DNA of 32,000 nucleotides, taken from the NCBI RefSeq assembly GCF_005696695.1, contig NZ_CP040006.1, positions 1,320,001 to 1,352,000 of the forward strand, written 5' to 3'. The DNA comes from Schaalia odontolytica. Its GTDB lineage: Bacteria > Actinomycetota > Actinomycetes > Actinomycetales > Actinomycetaceae. Numbering within the stretch: the stretch's first letter is position 1; every line of letters begins with the position of its first letter. The translations under genes and the position numbers were made by a program. This document shows, piece by piece, positions 16,888-25,362 of the stretch. Below the pieces are notes generated by a model that was not told the origin of the DNA, did not search any database, and saw only the letters and a list, made by a program, of their open reading frames with translations.

Positions 16888-18189
16888 TCAGGCGACGTGC
16901 GCACGACCCGCGACGGCGTTCGTGACATCCTTTTGCTGCTCCGCGATAGAGGTCAGTCGCAGGAATTCACGGCGCTTTTCAACGGCATCGGCCAGCATCT
17001 GACGATCGTTTTCGATGCGCGAGGGATCGGCGCCATGGCGAGCCATGAGGCGCTGGTCGAGGCCGAGGGAGGCCAGGTCGGACAAGAAGGCTCGCATGGC
17101 ACGCTTCGCATCCCGACCACCCTGGGCAGCCCACTTGAAGGCGGCTTTACGCGCGCGACGATCGGTCGCCATCGAGACTTCGCCGGGAAGGATCCATCCG
17201 GTGCGCACGTACGGGACGAGGCCATCGCGAATGTGGAGAGCCTCCCGACGCGCAGCTCGCAGCAGCAGAATCGACCAGAGGACGAACCCAGGAATACCCA
17301 CGACGACATACATGGCAATGAAGGCAAATCCAGATCCGGTCAATGCGGCGCTTCCATTCCACACGAAGTGAATGAGCATCGCAAAGAACCAGAAGACGAC
17401 GACGATAGCGGTCTTCAACCAGCCCCGCTTGAACTTGAGGAGGGCGAGCGCCAATCCGATGCCCGTCATCGAGGTTGCCATGACGTGTAGGAAGGGTCCC
17501 AGCAGGGCGCGAACAACGAATACCAAGACGAGAGTCTTTGTTCCTTGTCCTTCGGTGCGCAGGAAGTACAGGATGTCCTCGAAGAAAAGGAACCCGGCCG
17601 CCGAGAATCCCGCGTACACGACACCGTCGAGCACCGAGTTGATGGAGTTGCGGCGTACAACAACGATGATGAGAACGCCGATACCCTTGAGGGTCTCCTC
17701 AACGAGGGGCGCGATGAATGACGCGGCGAGTGCCTCCGCACGGTCGAAGTCACCGATTGTGGCGGCAATGTCCTCACCCAGTGCAGTATTCATGATCATC
17801 GCCGACAGGGTCGCCACGCCCCCGCCCCACAGAAACATCGCAAGCTTCGTCGTCCACGGTTCAGGCTCCCAGCGATCAATCCGCTGGAGGAAGCCGACGA
17901 CGATCACGAGGGCAACCAGGGACAGCAGCGTCGTCTTCACGAAGGACGTCACGCTCGAAGACTCGGGTGCCAGACCGAAGACGATGATGCCGATGGTCCC
18001 CAGCACGCCGATCGTCGTCATGACAACCTCGAACCAGGGGAAGGAGTGCGCGGCCTTGGGAGGCTGCCAGACGGGAGCGGCATCGTCGGGGGCCGGTGCT
18101 GAGACGCCATCGGTGGAGTCGATGGTGGCGCTGCTGATCTTGCTGAGGCGATAGTCCTCGCCGGGCCCTCCCCAGTGGGTCGCGTGCAT
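16888..18189 (-). CDS. PrsW-family protease-like membrane protein (paralog 2) with a ~130-aa cytoplasmic C-terminal extension
   Basis: Motifs VEETLKGIGVL, GFLFFEDILYF and HVMATSMTGIGLAL. I chose ATG 18189, 2 nt after the upstream stop, with GAGG about 10 nt upstream. The ORF-track start at 18255 would overlap the upstream gene by 65 nt. Confidence 0.8.
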   Translation of the reverse strand: MHATHWGGPGEDYRLSKISSATIDSTDGVSAPAPDDAAPVWQPPKAAHSFPWFEVVMTTIGVLGTIGIIVFGLAPESSSVTSFVKTTLLSLVALVIVVGFLQRIDRWEPEPWTTKLAMFLWGGGVATLSAMIMNTALGEDIAATIGDFDRAEALAASFIAPLVEETLKGIGVLIIVVVRRNSINSVLDGVVYAGFSAAGFLFFEDILYFLRTEGQGTKTLVLVFVVRALLGPFLHVMATSMTGIGLALALLKFKRGWLKTAIVVVFWFFAMLIHFVWNGSAALTGSGFAFIAMYVVVGIPGFVLWSILLLRAARREALHIRDGLVPYVRTGWILPGEVSMATDRRARKAAFKWAAQGGRDAKRAMRAFLSDLASLGLDQRLMARHGADPSRIENDRQMLADAVEKRREFLRLTSIAEQQKDVTNAVAGRAHVA

Positions 18190-18190
18190 A

Positions 18191-18805
18191 TCAGTAACCT
18201 CGTCCGCCCGTCTGCGTGTCATCGTCAAAGTCAATGGGCTCGGGAATCGGAGCATGCCCGGCCAGTCGCAACAATTTTACCATTCGTGCGGAACGCAGGG
18301 CGCGAACTCCCGCGACATCCACGTTGTGCACGTTGCGTGTGAGCTCGATGCGGTAGCACGTCGCATCCAACGCTTCCAAGCGCGCAGCGGCTTGGGGATC
18401 CGATACAATGCGCGCCCGTTCTTCAAGGGTGAGAGTCTCACGGATTGCGCGAGACAGGGCGGACGCACGCTCCAAACGCGCGGCGACCTCGACACGATCG
18501 CCCTGGCGTTGCGCCGCGGTTCGGCGGTCGAGGCCATCGGTGGTGAGCTGGTCTCCCCCGTCCTGAATGTAGGCGCGTGCGGCGTCGGCGAGGCCGGAGC
18601 TTTCCAGACCGGCGCTGCGGCTCAGAAGGTCTGCCTCGGAGGCCCGGCGCAGCAGGAGTCGCGAGAGAGAGTCTCGCGAAGCAAGGATGCGCTGATGGAG
18701 CCGGTCCAGGCGGCGCGCTCGCGTGATCGCGAATCCTGCGATAACGCCGAGCGCGATAACGGCGAATACGATAGCGACAAGCAGCCAGGGGGACAGCGAG
18801 ATCAT
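18191..18805 (-). CDS. single-pass membrane-anchored helical protein, weakly LemA-like, function unknown
   Basis: 204-aa ORF with an N-terminal TM helix (WLLVAIVFAVIALGVIAGFAI) followed by Arg/Leu/Ala-rich helices. The C-terminal YRIELTRNVHNVDVAGVRALRSARMVKLL loosely recalls the LemA R-x3-YN-x2-V segment. Its ATG overlaps the pimA TGA (ATGA). Confidence 0.7.
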   Translation of the reverse strand: MISLSPWLLVAIVFAVIALGVIAGFAITRARRLDRLHQRILASRDSLSRLLLRRASEADLLSRSAGLESSGLADAARAYIQDGGDQLTTDGLDRRTAAQRQGDRVEVAARLERASALSRAIRETLTLEERARIVSDPQAAARLEALDATCYRIELTRNVHNVDVAGVRALRSARMVKLLRLAGHAPIPEPIDFDDDTQTGGRGY

Positions 18806-19983
18806 GCGAGTTCCTCCCCTTCTTCGCCGCGGCCTCGGATCAGGTCACGTGCCCGACGCGTTCCCGATTCGGCGGGACTTCCCATGGCGATCGCCAGCTT
18901 GTAGACCTCGAAGACCTTATCCGCCACAACCTCCCAGTCGTACTGCGCCGATGATCGCGCTCCGGCTGCGGACAGTTCCTCGAGGCGGTCGCGGTCTGTC
19001 AGCAGGTCGATGAGTGTACGTGCGAGCGAGTCGCTGTTGCCCGTCTCGAAGAGCGCGCCAGCTCGCCCGTCCTCTAGCACCGCACGGAAGGCTGGGATAT
19101 CCGAGGCAACGACTGCTGTATGGGCCGCCATCGCCTCGACAAGGACGATACCGAAAGACTCGCCGCCCGTCTGCGGAGCGACGTAGACGCTGGCGCCCGC
19201 GAGCAAGGATTCCTTCTCCTCATCGCTGATTCCACCCAGGAAAGACACGGAATCACCAAAACGCTCGACGGCCTGGCGAATCTCCGGAGCGTCTCCTCGA
19301 CCGGCAATCAGGAAACGCGCACCCGGGAAACGCTCAAGGACACCAGCAATGGCACCGGCGAAAATGCTCAGGCCCTTACGGGGCTCATCGAGGCGGCCGA
19401 GGAATACGATGACCGGACGTTCGTCCGTCGCCACCCACTGTTCAAGGGGCTGCGCGGTGCGGAACGAGGCCGTTTCGACCCCGTTCGGAATGATGACGGC
19501 ATCGCCGCCGTGGTGCTCGATCAGCGTTCGGCGCGCCTCCTCGGACACCGCGATGCGCACTCCGATGCGTTCCATGTACAGGCGCATGGGCGCCGAGGCA
19601 ATCGCGCGCGAGACCGACCGACCGAGGGCCGCGTGGAATGTCCCCACGAGGGGGGCAGTCGAAAGCATCGCAGCTGCCATGGACACCGAGGGAACGACAG
19701 GCTCGTGGACGTGCACGACGTCAAAATCGTTGTCTGCCAGCCAACGGCGAGTACGCGCGAGTGCCTTCGGCTTCACGGAAATATTGGCCACCGATCCGTT
19801 AAAGGGGATCGACACGGACGAACCGGCGGACGTAATCCACTCAGGCAGGTCCTCCGAGGTCGACGGCGTCAGCACCTGAACGTCGTGTCCGCGGGACCGC
19901 AGCTTCAACGCGAGGTCGCGAATGTGGAAGCCCACTCCCCCGGGCACGTCCCAGGAGTACGGATTCACGATTCCAATCTTCAT
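18802..19983 (-). CDS. pimA: GDP-mannose-dependent phosphatidylinositol alpha-mannosyltransferase PimA (GT4)
   Basis: MKIGIVNPYSWDVPGGVGFHIRDLA..., FDVVHVHEP, GRLDEPRKG and GGESFGIVLVEAMAA..AVVASD closely parallel M. tuberculosis PimA (Rv2610c) from memory. The synteny also matches. Confidence 0.9.
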   Translation of the reverse strand: MKIGIVNPYSWDVPGGVGFHIRDLALKLRSRGHDVQVLTPSTSEDLPEWITSAGSSVSIPFNGSVANISVKPKALARTRRWLADNDFDVVHVHEPVVPSVSMAAAMLSTAPLVGTFHAALGRSVSRAIASAPMRLYMERIGVRIAVSEEARRTLIEHHGGDAVIIPNGVETASFRTAQPLEQWVATDERPVIVFLGRLDEPRKGLSIFAGAIAGVLERFPGARFLIAGRGDAPEIRQAVERFGDSVSFLGGISDEEKESLLAGASVYVAPQTGGESFGIVLVEAMAAHTAVVASDIPAFRAVLEDGRAGALFETGNSDSLARTLIDLLTDRDRLEELSAAGARSSAQYDWEVVADKVFEVYKLAIAMGSPAESGTRRARDLIRGRGEEGEELA

Positions 19984-20906
19984 CGATTCTTCCTCTCGTG
20001 CTCGGCCCTCGCGCGCGCCAGGCGCTCGGGGTCAAGATCCTCCACATACACGCGTTGCATCATGTGCCAGTCCTGCGCCTTGGTCGCCATCATGGCGGCA
20101 AATTCGTCCACCCACGCCTGCGTGAGGGCCTCGACGCGATTGAGGCCGGGGCGCTCCTGGCCATCCACGTTGATCGGTCCGACACAACGCACTCGGACAT
20201 CGGCCCCTGCGGGTGTCTCGTTCTCGTACGTGATGCAGGCTGCAAAGAGCGGACGCTCCAGCTTGGTCGCGAGCGCAGCGGGACCCGCGGCGACAAGTGC
20301 GCGCCGAGTCCCCAGGTCGACCTCAATGCCCGAACCCGAAATATCCCGGTCTGCAAGAAGCGGGACGATGACGCTACGGCCGCGCACGCGCTCGATGAGG
20401 GTAGAAAAGACCGACTCGCCCTTCGCGACGCCGATGATCTCCATGCCGAGGCCTTCGCGCAACGACACGAAACGTTCAAACAGCGCGGGAGGCTCCACCT
20501 TTTCAGCCACGGTCACGATGTCACGACCGTGTGCGCACGCCCACGCGCCAGCACGATCCCAGCTGCCGGAGTGTCCGAGAGCGAGGACGACCGGGCCATC
20601 TTCGCTGGCCGCAGCCAGGGCCTCGAAGCCCTCGAAGGAGACGCCCTCGAGCAACGGCTCGCCACGACGCGAGCCGAGCATTAGCTGCTCAGCGTAGTTG
20701 CGGATGTGCGACCGGACCGCGTCACGCACCTCGTGGGCGGACGGCTCGTTTCCGGTTAAACGCGCCATGTTGGCGCGCAGCCGGTCGATCATGGCTCCCC
20801 CGCGCCTGGCCGCAATCGATGCACCAGTGTCCGCCATGCGCATGACGAGGCGCAGCGGCAAACGGGGGGCGATCGAAAAAGCGAGCGACAGGGGCGAAAA
20901 ACTCAC
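19980..20906 (-). CDS. patA: lipid A biosynthesis (HtrB)-family acyltransferase, PIM acyltransferase PatA-like
   Basis: 308 aa from GTG 20906, which overlaps the PI synthase TGA (GTGA). LALGHSGSWD fits the family's H-x4-D active-site pattern. Its position between pgsA and pimA equals that of Rv2611c. Its stop overlaps the pimA ATG (ATGA). Confidence 0.8.
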   Translation of the reverse strand: MSFSPLSLAFSIAPRLPLRLVMRMADTGASIAARRGGAMIDRLRANMARLTGNEPSAHEVRDAVRSHIRNYAEQLMLGSRRGEPLLEGVSFEGFEALAAASEDGPVVLALGHSGSWDRAGAWACAHGRDIVTVAEKVEPPALFERFVSLREGLGMEIIGVAKGESVFSTLIERVRGRSVIVPLLADRDISGSGIEVDLGTRRALVAAGPAALATKLERPLFAACITYENETPAGADVRVRCVGPINVDGQERPGLNRVEALTQAWVDEFAAMMATKAQDWHMMQRVYVEDLDPERLARARAEHERKNR

Positions 20907-21529
20907 GGCGTTCCTTCGTCGATGTTGCGGGCAGTGAACCAGATGCGCTGGCAGACGGTGACGAAGGAGGCAAACGCCACCCAGGTCAGGCCGGCCGCAA
21001 ACACCCACTCGGGCAGACCGAGGCTCATGAGGATCGCCGTGCCCATGCCGATGATGAGGCGGTCGGTGCGCTCGGCAATACCCAGCTTGGCAACGACGCC
21101 GACGGATTCGGCGCGGGCGCGCGCGTAGGGCACGGCGGCAGCACCGACAATCGAGCAGATGCCGGCAATGATTGCCCATGTACGCACGAACGAGTCGTCC
21201 ATCTGGAAGACCGCGTAGGCGGTGAGGGAGCCGAACACGGCGCCATCACCCAGGCGGTCAAGCGTCGAATCCAGGAAGGCGCCAAAACGCGTGCCGCCCG
21301 TCGTCATGCGCGCGAGCGTGCCGTCAACAGAGTCGCCGAACATGACGACGGCCAGGGCGATGCCGCCCTGCCAAATCCATCCCTGAGGAATGCAGATAAC
21401 CGCGATCGCGACCGTCGCAACGGTGCCCGCGATCGTCACCATATTCGGGGTGACGCCCACGCGTGCGAGAACGCGAGCGAGAGGCGTAAAGATCGCCTTC
21501 GTAATGGAACGTCCGTGGTTTCCGAGCAT
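20903..21529 (-). CDS. pgsA: CDP-alcohol phosphatidyltransferase, phosphatidylinositol phosphate synthase type (PgsA1-like)
   Basis: 208 aa from ATG 21529. It carries the CDP-alcohol motif DSVDGTLAR....G.FLDSTLDRLGD and is a multi-TM protein. The start overlaps the HIT gene TAA by 1 nt. The ORF-track extension is rejected. Confidence 0.88.
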   Translation of the reverse strand: MLGNHGRSITKAIFTPLARVLARVGVTPNMVTIAGTVATVAIAVICIPQGWIWQGGIALAVVMFGDSVDGTLARMTTGGTRFGAFLDSTLDRLGDGAVFGSLTAYAVFQMDDSFVRTWAIIAGICSIVGAAAVPYARARAESVGVVAKLGIAERTDRLIIGMGTAILMSLGLPEWVFAAGLTWVAFASFVTVCQRIWFTARNIDEGTP

Positions 21530-22131
21530 TAGTCCTCCTTCGGCCAGGCGGCGGCGAGCCGGGCACGAGCGTCCTCCAGGAGCTCGGGCACTGCCTTCGT
21601 CTGCGCGATAATCGGCAGGAAGTTCGCGTCGCCCAGCCAGCGCGGAACGATGTGCTGGTGCAGGTGGGCGGCGATGCCGGCACCGGCTACCTCGCCCTGG
21701 TTCATGCCCAAGTTGAAGCCCGCCGGAGCGGCAACGGCGCGGGTAACACGCATGGCGGTCGCCGTCAGGTTGCCCAGCTCGATGCGTTCCTCGTCGGTGA
21801 GCTCCGTGTAGTCGGAGACGTGACGATACGGGCACACGAGCAGGTGCCCGGAATTGTAGGGGAACAGGTTCATGAGCACGAAGCACGTGTCGCCGCGGTA
21901 GACGATCAGTCCCGCCTCGTCATCCTTACCGGGCGCCGTGCAGAACGGGCACCCCACGTCCGAGGCGTCGACGGGCTTGCCTTCGCCGCGGATATAGGCC
22001 ATCCGGTAAGGGGTCCAGAAACGACCGAAGCCGTCCGGGACGCCCGCCAGGGAGCGGGCGTCCTCGGTCGGCAACTGGCCGTTCGGGGTACCGATCGAAT
22101 CGGAACCGGCGTCACGGCTCATGACTCTCAC
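21529..22131 (-). CDS. HIT family protein (Ap4A phosphorylase / GalT-like, Rv2613c-type)
   Basis: Histidine triad [12 protein letters not shown] and CPFC upstream. GTG 22131 overlaps the thrS TGA (GTGA); ATG 22122 is an alternative start. Confidence 0.85.
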   Translation of the reverse strand: MRVMSRDAGSDSIGTPNGQLPTEDARSLAGVPDGFGRFWTPYRMAYIRGEGKPVDASDVGCPFCTAPGKDDEAGLIVYRGDTCFVLMNLFPYNSGHLLVCPYRHVSDYTELTDEERIELGNLTATAMRVTRAVAAPAGFNLGMNQGEVAGAGIAAHLHQHIVPRWLGDANFLPIIAQTKAVPELLEDARARLAAAWPKED

Positions 22132-24161
22132 GCCTCGTCGAGGCCGTCGATCTGGTCCGCGTTGTTGCGCTGCTCGATGTGCGAGACGATCAGCTCAACC
22201 GCGCGATCAACGGCGACGCCGTTGTGCTGCGAGCCGTCACGCAGACGGAAGGACACGGCCCCGGCCTCGACGTCCTCGCCGCCGGCGATGAGCGTGAACG
22301 GGATCTTGTCCTTGGAGGCGTTGCGAATCTTCTTGCCGAAGCGGTCGTCTGACAGGTCGGTCTCGACGCGCACGCCGCGCTCACGCAGCTTCGCGGCGAC
22401 GTCCTTGACGTAGCCGTCAAAGGCCTCGGCGACGGGGATGAGACGGACCTGAACGGGCGAGAGCCACGCGGGGAATGCGCCCGCGTAGTGCTCGGTGAGC
22501 ACACCGATGAAGCGCTCGACGGAGCCCAGCTTGGCGGAGTGGATCATGACGGGGCGCTGACGGGAACCGTCGGCCGCCGTGTACTCCAGGTCGAAGCGGT
22601 CGGGCTGGTTGAAGTCGTACTGGATCGTCGACATCTGCCAGGTACGACCGATCGCGTCCTTAACCTGCACGGAGACCTTGGGGCCGTAGAAGGCAGCGCC
22701 ACCCGGATCCGGAACCAGGTCGAGGCCGGTCGCGGCGCAGGCATCCTCGAGCGCCTTCGTGGCGGCCGCCCAGTCCTCATCCGAGCCGATGAACTTGTCC
22801 TTCTTCTTGCCGTCCTCGTCGCGCGTGGACAGCTCCAGGTAGAAGTCCTTGAGGCCGAAAGCGGAGAGAATCGACAGGAAGAACTCGATCTGCGTGCGGA
22901 TCTCCTCCGAGGCCTGCTCAGGCGTGCAGTAGGTGTGCGAGTCGTCCTGCGTGAAGCCGCGCATGCGGGTCAGGCCGTGGACGACGCCGCTCTTCTCGTA
23001 GCGGTAGTCGTGACCCAGCTCGTAGAAGCGCAGGGGCAGCTCGCGGTAGGAGCGGCCGCGCGAGCGGAAGATCAGGTTGTGCATCGGGCAGTTCATGGCC
23101 TTGAGGTAGTACTCCTGGCCTGCCTTGGTCACGTTGCCGTCCTCGTCGCGCTCTTCATCGACGAGCATGGGCGGGAACATCGTGTCCGCGTAGTAGGGCA
23201 GGTGACCCGACGTGTGGAAGAGTCCACCCTTGGAGATCTCGGGGGTGTGCACGAAGTCGAAGCCGGCCTTCTTGTGACGGTCAGTCACGTAGGACTCGAT
23301 CTCGTGACGCAGGATGCCGCCCTTGGGATGGAAGACAACGAGGCCGGGGCCGATCTCCTCGGGGAAGGAGTACAGGTCCAGCTCGGCGCCGAGGCGACGG
23401 TGGTCGCGGCGCTCGGCCTCCTTGATGCGCTCCTGGTAGGCGACGAGGTCTTCCTTGGAGGCCCAGGCGGTGCCGTAGATGCGCTGGAGCTGATCGTTGG
23501 ACTGATCGCCCTTCCAGTAGGCGGCCGAGGCCTTAGTCAGCGCGAAGCCGTTACCGATGAGCTTGGTGGAGGGCAGGTGCGGACCGCGGCACAGGTCCTT
23601 CCACGCGACCGAGCCGTCGCGGCGCACGTTGTCGTACATGGTGAGCGTGCCGCCGCCGACCTCGACGGAAGCACCCTCGGCGCCCTTACCCTTCGTGGTG
23701 ACGAGTTCGAGCTTGTAGGGCTGCTCAGCCAGCTCGACGACAGCTTCCTCCTCGGAGAACTCGCGGCGCACGAAGCGCTGGCCTTCCTTGACGATGCGCT
23801 TCATGCGCTTCTCGAGGTCGCGCAGCAGCTCGGGGGTCACCGCGTCGATGTTGCCGAAGTCGTAGTAGAAACCGTCGGTGATGAAGGGCCCGATACCCAG
23901 GTTCACGTCGGGGAACACATCCTGGACGGCCTGCGCGAGCACGTGCGTGGCGCTGTGGCGCAGAATGTTCAGGCCGTCCTCGCTGGCCAGGGTGATGGCC
24001 TCGACGGTCGTTCCTGCTTCAAAAGGCGTCTCGAGGTCACGCGGGGTGCCGTCAACCTTGATGGCGACGACGTCGCGCGACTTCTCGAACCACGTTGTGC
24101 CCGTGGTCCCCGCCGGTACGGTCTGTTCGTGTCCGTCAATGACGAGCGAGATATCGGGCAC
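22128..24161 (-). CDS. thrS: threonine--tRNA ligase
   Basis: 677 aa with a TGS domain N-terminus, the editing domain motif [10 protein letters not shown], class II core motifs ([36 protein letters not shown]) and an anticodon-binding C-terminus. GTG start with AGGAG 5 nt upstream. Confidence 0.97.
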   Translation of the reverse strand: MPDISLVIDGHEQTVPAGTTGTTWFEKSRDVVAIKVDGTPRDLETPFEAGTTVEAITLASEDGLNILRHSATHVLAQAVQDVFPDVNLGIGPFITDGFYYDFGNIDAVTPELLRDLEKRMKRIVKEGQRFVRREFSEEEAVVELAEQPYKLELVTTKGKGAEGASVEVGGGTLTMYDNVRRDGSVAWKDLCRGPHLPSTKLIGNGFALTKASAAYWKGDQSNDQLQRIYGTAWASKEDLVAYQERIKEAERRDHRRLGAELDLYSFPEEIGPGLVVFHPKGGILRHEIESYVTDRHKKAGFDFVHTPEISKGGLFHTSGHLPYYADTMFPPMLVDEERDEDGNVTKAGQEYYLKAMNCPMHNLIFRSRGRSYRELPLRFYELGHDYRYEKSGVVHGLTRMRGFTQDDSHTYCTPEQASEEIRTQIEFFLSILSAFGLKDFYLELSTRDEDGKKKDKFIGSDEDWAAATKALEDACAATGLDLVPDPGGAAFYGPKVSVQVKDAIGRTWQMSTIQYDFNQPDRFDLEYTAADGSRQRPVMIHSAKLGSVERFIGVLTEHYAGAFPAWLSPVQVRLIPVAEAFDGYVKDVAAKLRERGVRVETDLSDDRFGKKIRNASKDKIPFTLIAGGEDVEAGAVSFRLRDGSQHNGVAVDRAVELIVSHIEQRNNADQIDGLDEA

Positions 24162-24204
24162 TGTGTCTCCTAGTTTCGTTAGATACGCGAGATTGTGTTG
24201 CGAA

Positions 24205-24214
24205 TAGAATTCTA
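24205..24214 (-). promoter_or_regulatory. candidate thrS-operon -10 (TAGAAT) inside a 10-bp perfect palindrome TAGAATTCTA
   Basis: This is the only AT-rich element in the 72-bp gap between the FemAB-family gene stop and the thrS start. On the minus strand TAGAAT lies about 45 nt upstream of the GTG. Pattern only. Confidence 0.3.
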
Positions 24215-24233
24215 GCCCCGTGGCGCGAACGCT

Positions 24234-25259
24234 TCAGGAGCGGGCGCGCCAGTCCTTCACGGCCTTCGCGGCGCTCAGGGCACGGTAGGTGGCCTTCTTG
24301 ATGGGCATGTCCCAGCCGCCGGGCACGTCTGTGAAATGCGTGGCGAAGGCGCTCTTGTACTTGCCGACGCTGTACAGATCGGGGCAACGCGGCGAGTGCG
24401 CGCCCATGAGGTCGAATTCGCGCACGCCATCGCGGGCGAGGAATTCGGCCGCCAGGAAGTCCAGGACCGGGGGCTGACGCAGGCGACGGCCGGCCTCGGT
24501 GGAGGCACCGTACTCGGCCTGCGCCCGGATTCCTTCGACGAGGCAGAAGTCCCAGCACAGGATGTTGCCGTCGGCGTCACGCATCGAGAAGATGCGCGCG
24601 TGCTTCGGGCCCAACGTCTTGAGCAGGCTGAGGTAGTACTCCTTGGGGTGAGGGCGGAAGCCGTCACGCTTAGCGGTCTCTTCCATGACGGCGTAGTACT
24701 CGTCGATGACGGCATCGACGTTGGCGGTGTCCTCGTGGAAGGTCACGCCCTCGGCCTTGCCCTTCTTCAGGCCGGAGCGGATCGAGCGCTTACCGGCCTT
24801 GGGCATGGCGGCGAGGATCGCTTCCTCGGTCTTGCCAGACGTGTCGATGACGACGGTGCGGTCGTAGGAGATCGTCTGCAGCGGCATGCACAGGTCGGGG
24901 TGCTGGTAGATGGCGTGCAGGCGCACGAAGGCGACGGTCTTATCCTTTGCCTTAATCTCGCGCACAAGGTCCGCTCGCAGAGCAGCTTCGCGCTCCGGGG
25001 AGGCTTCCTTCACCCACGCGGGTCCCCACTTCGCCCACAGGTAATGGACGCCACGCACCGAATACTTATAGAGGGTGATGAACGCGATCTTGGAATCATC
25101 CTCACACCAGGCGTAACGTCCCCACACTCCGTGGCCCTGGGATTCTTCAAACGCTTCCCACACGCACGTCTGTTCGATGGGCAGGGAGCGGTCCTGGAAG
25201 CCAGAGACCGCGGCGATCTTGTCTTCCTGAGAGATGGGCACGAGTGCGGTTGTCGTCAT
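24234..25259 (-). CDS. FemAB-family aminoacyl-tRNA-dependent peptidoglycan interpeptide-bridge transferase (FemX-like)
   Basis: 341 aa, collinear with Weissella FemX as I remember it. Matches: W..F....G...WG / GP.W block, PKAGKRSIRSGLKKG (cf. PSKTKSKIKR), AKRDGFRPHPKEYYLSLL (cf. ERHGITHRPIEYFQRM), FDLMGA (cf. YDLGGI) and KYKSAF. Confidence 0.82.
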   Translation of the reverse strand: MTTTALVPISQEDKIAAVSGFQDRSLPIEQTCVWEAFEESQGHGVWGRYAWCEDDSKIAFITLYKYSVRGVHYLWAKWGPAWVKEASPEREAALRADLVREIKAKDKTVAFVRLHAIYQHPDLCMPLQTISYDRTVVIDTSGKTEEAILAAMPKAGKRSIRSGLKKGKAEGVTFHEDTANVDAVIDEYYAVMEETAKRDGFRPHPKEYYLSLLKTLGPKHARIFSMRDADGNILCWDFCLVEGIRAQAEYGASTEAGRRLRQPPVLDFLAAEFLARDGVREFDLMGAHSPRCPDLYSVGKYKSAFATHFTDVPGGWDMPIKKATYRALSAAKAVKDWRARS

Positions 25260-25362
25260 GGTGTCCTCGTTAGTCGGAATTATCGGTCGCGTAGGGGGTC
25301 AGTCTATCAGGGCCTCCTCCCCCACCGACGAGGCCGGGGCCGGGCAGGGAAGGGGCGTGACG

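Noticed and set aside
24162-24233. Possible T-box or leader regulating thrS.
   Set aside because: The gap is only 72 nt. That is far too short for a T-box leader (about 200 nt or more), and it has no specifier or antiterminator structures.
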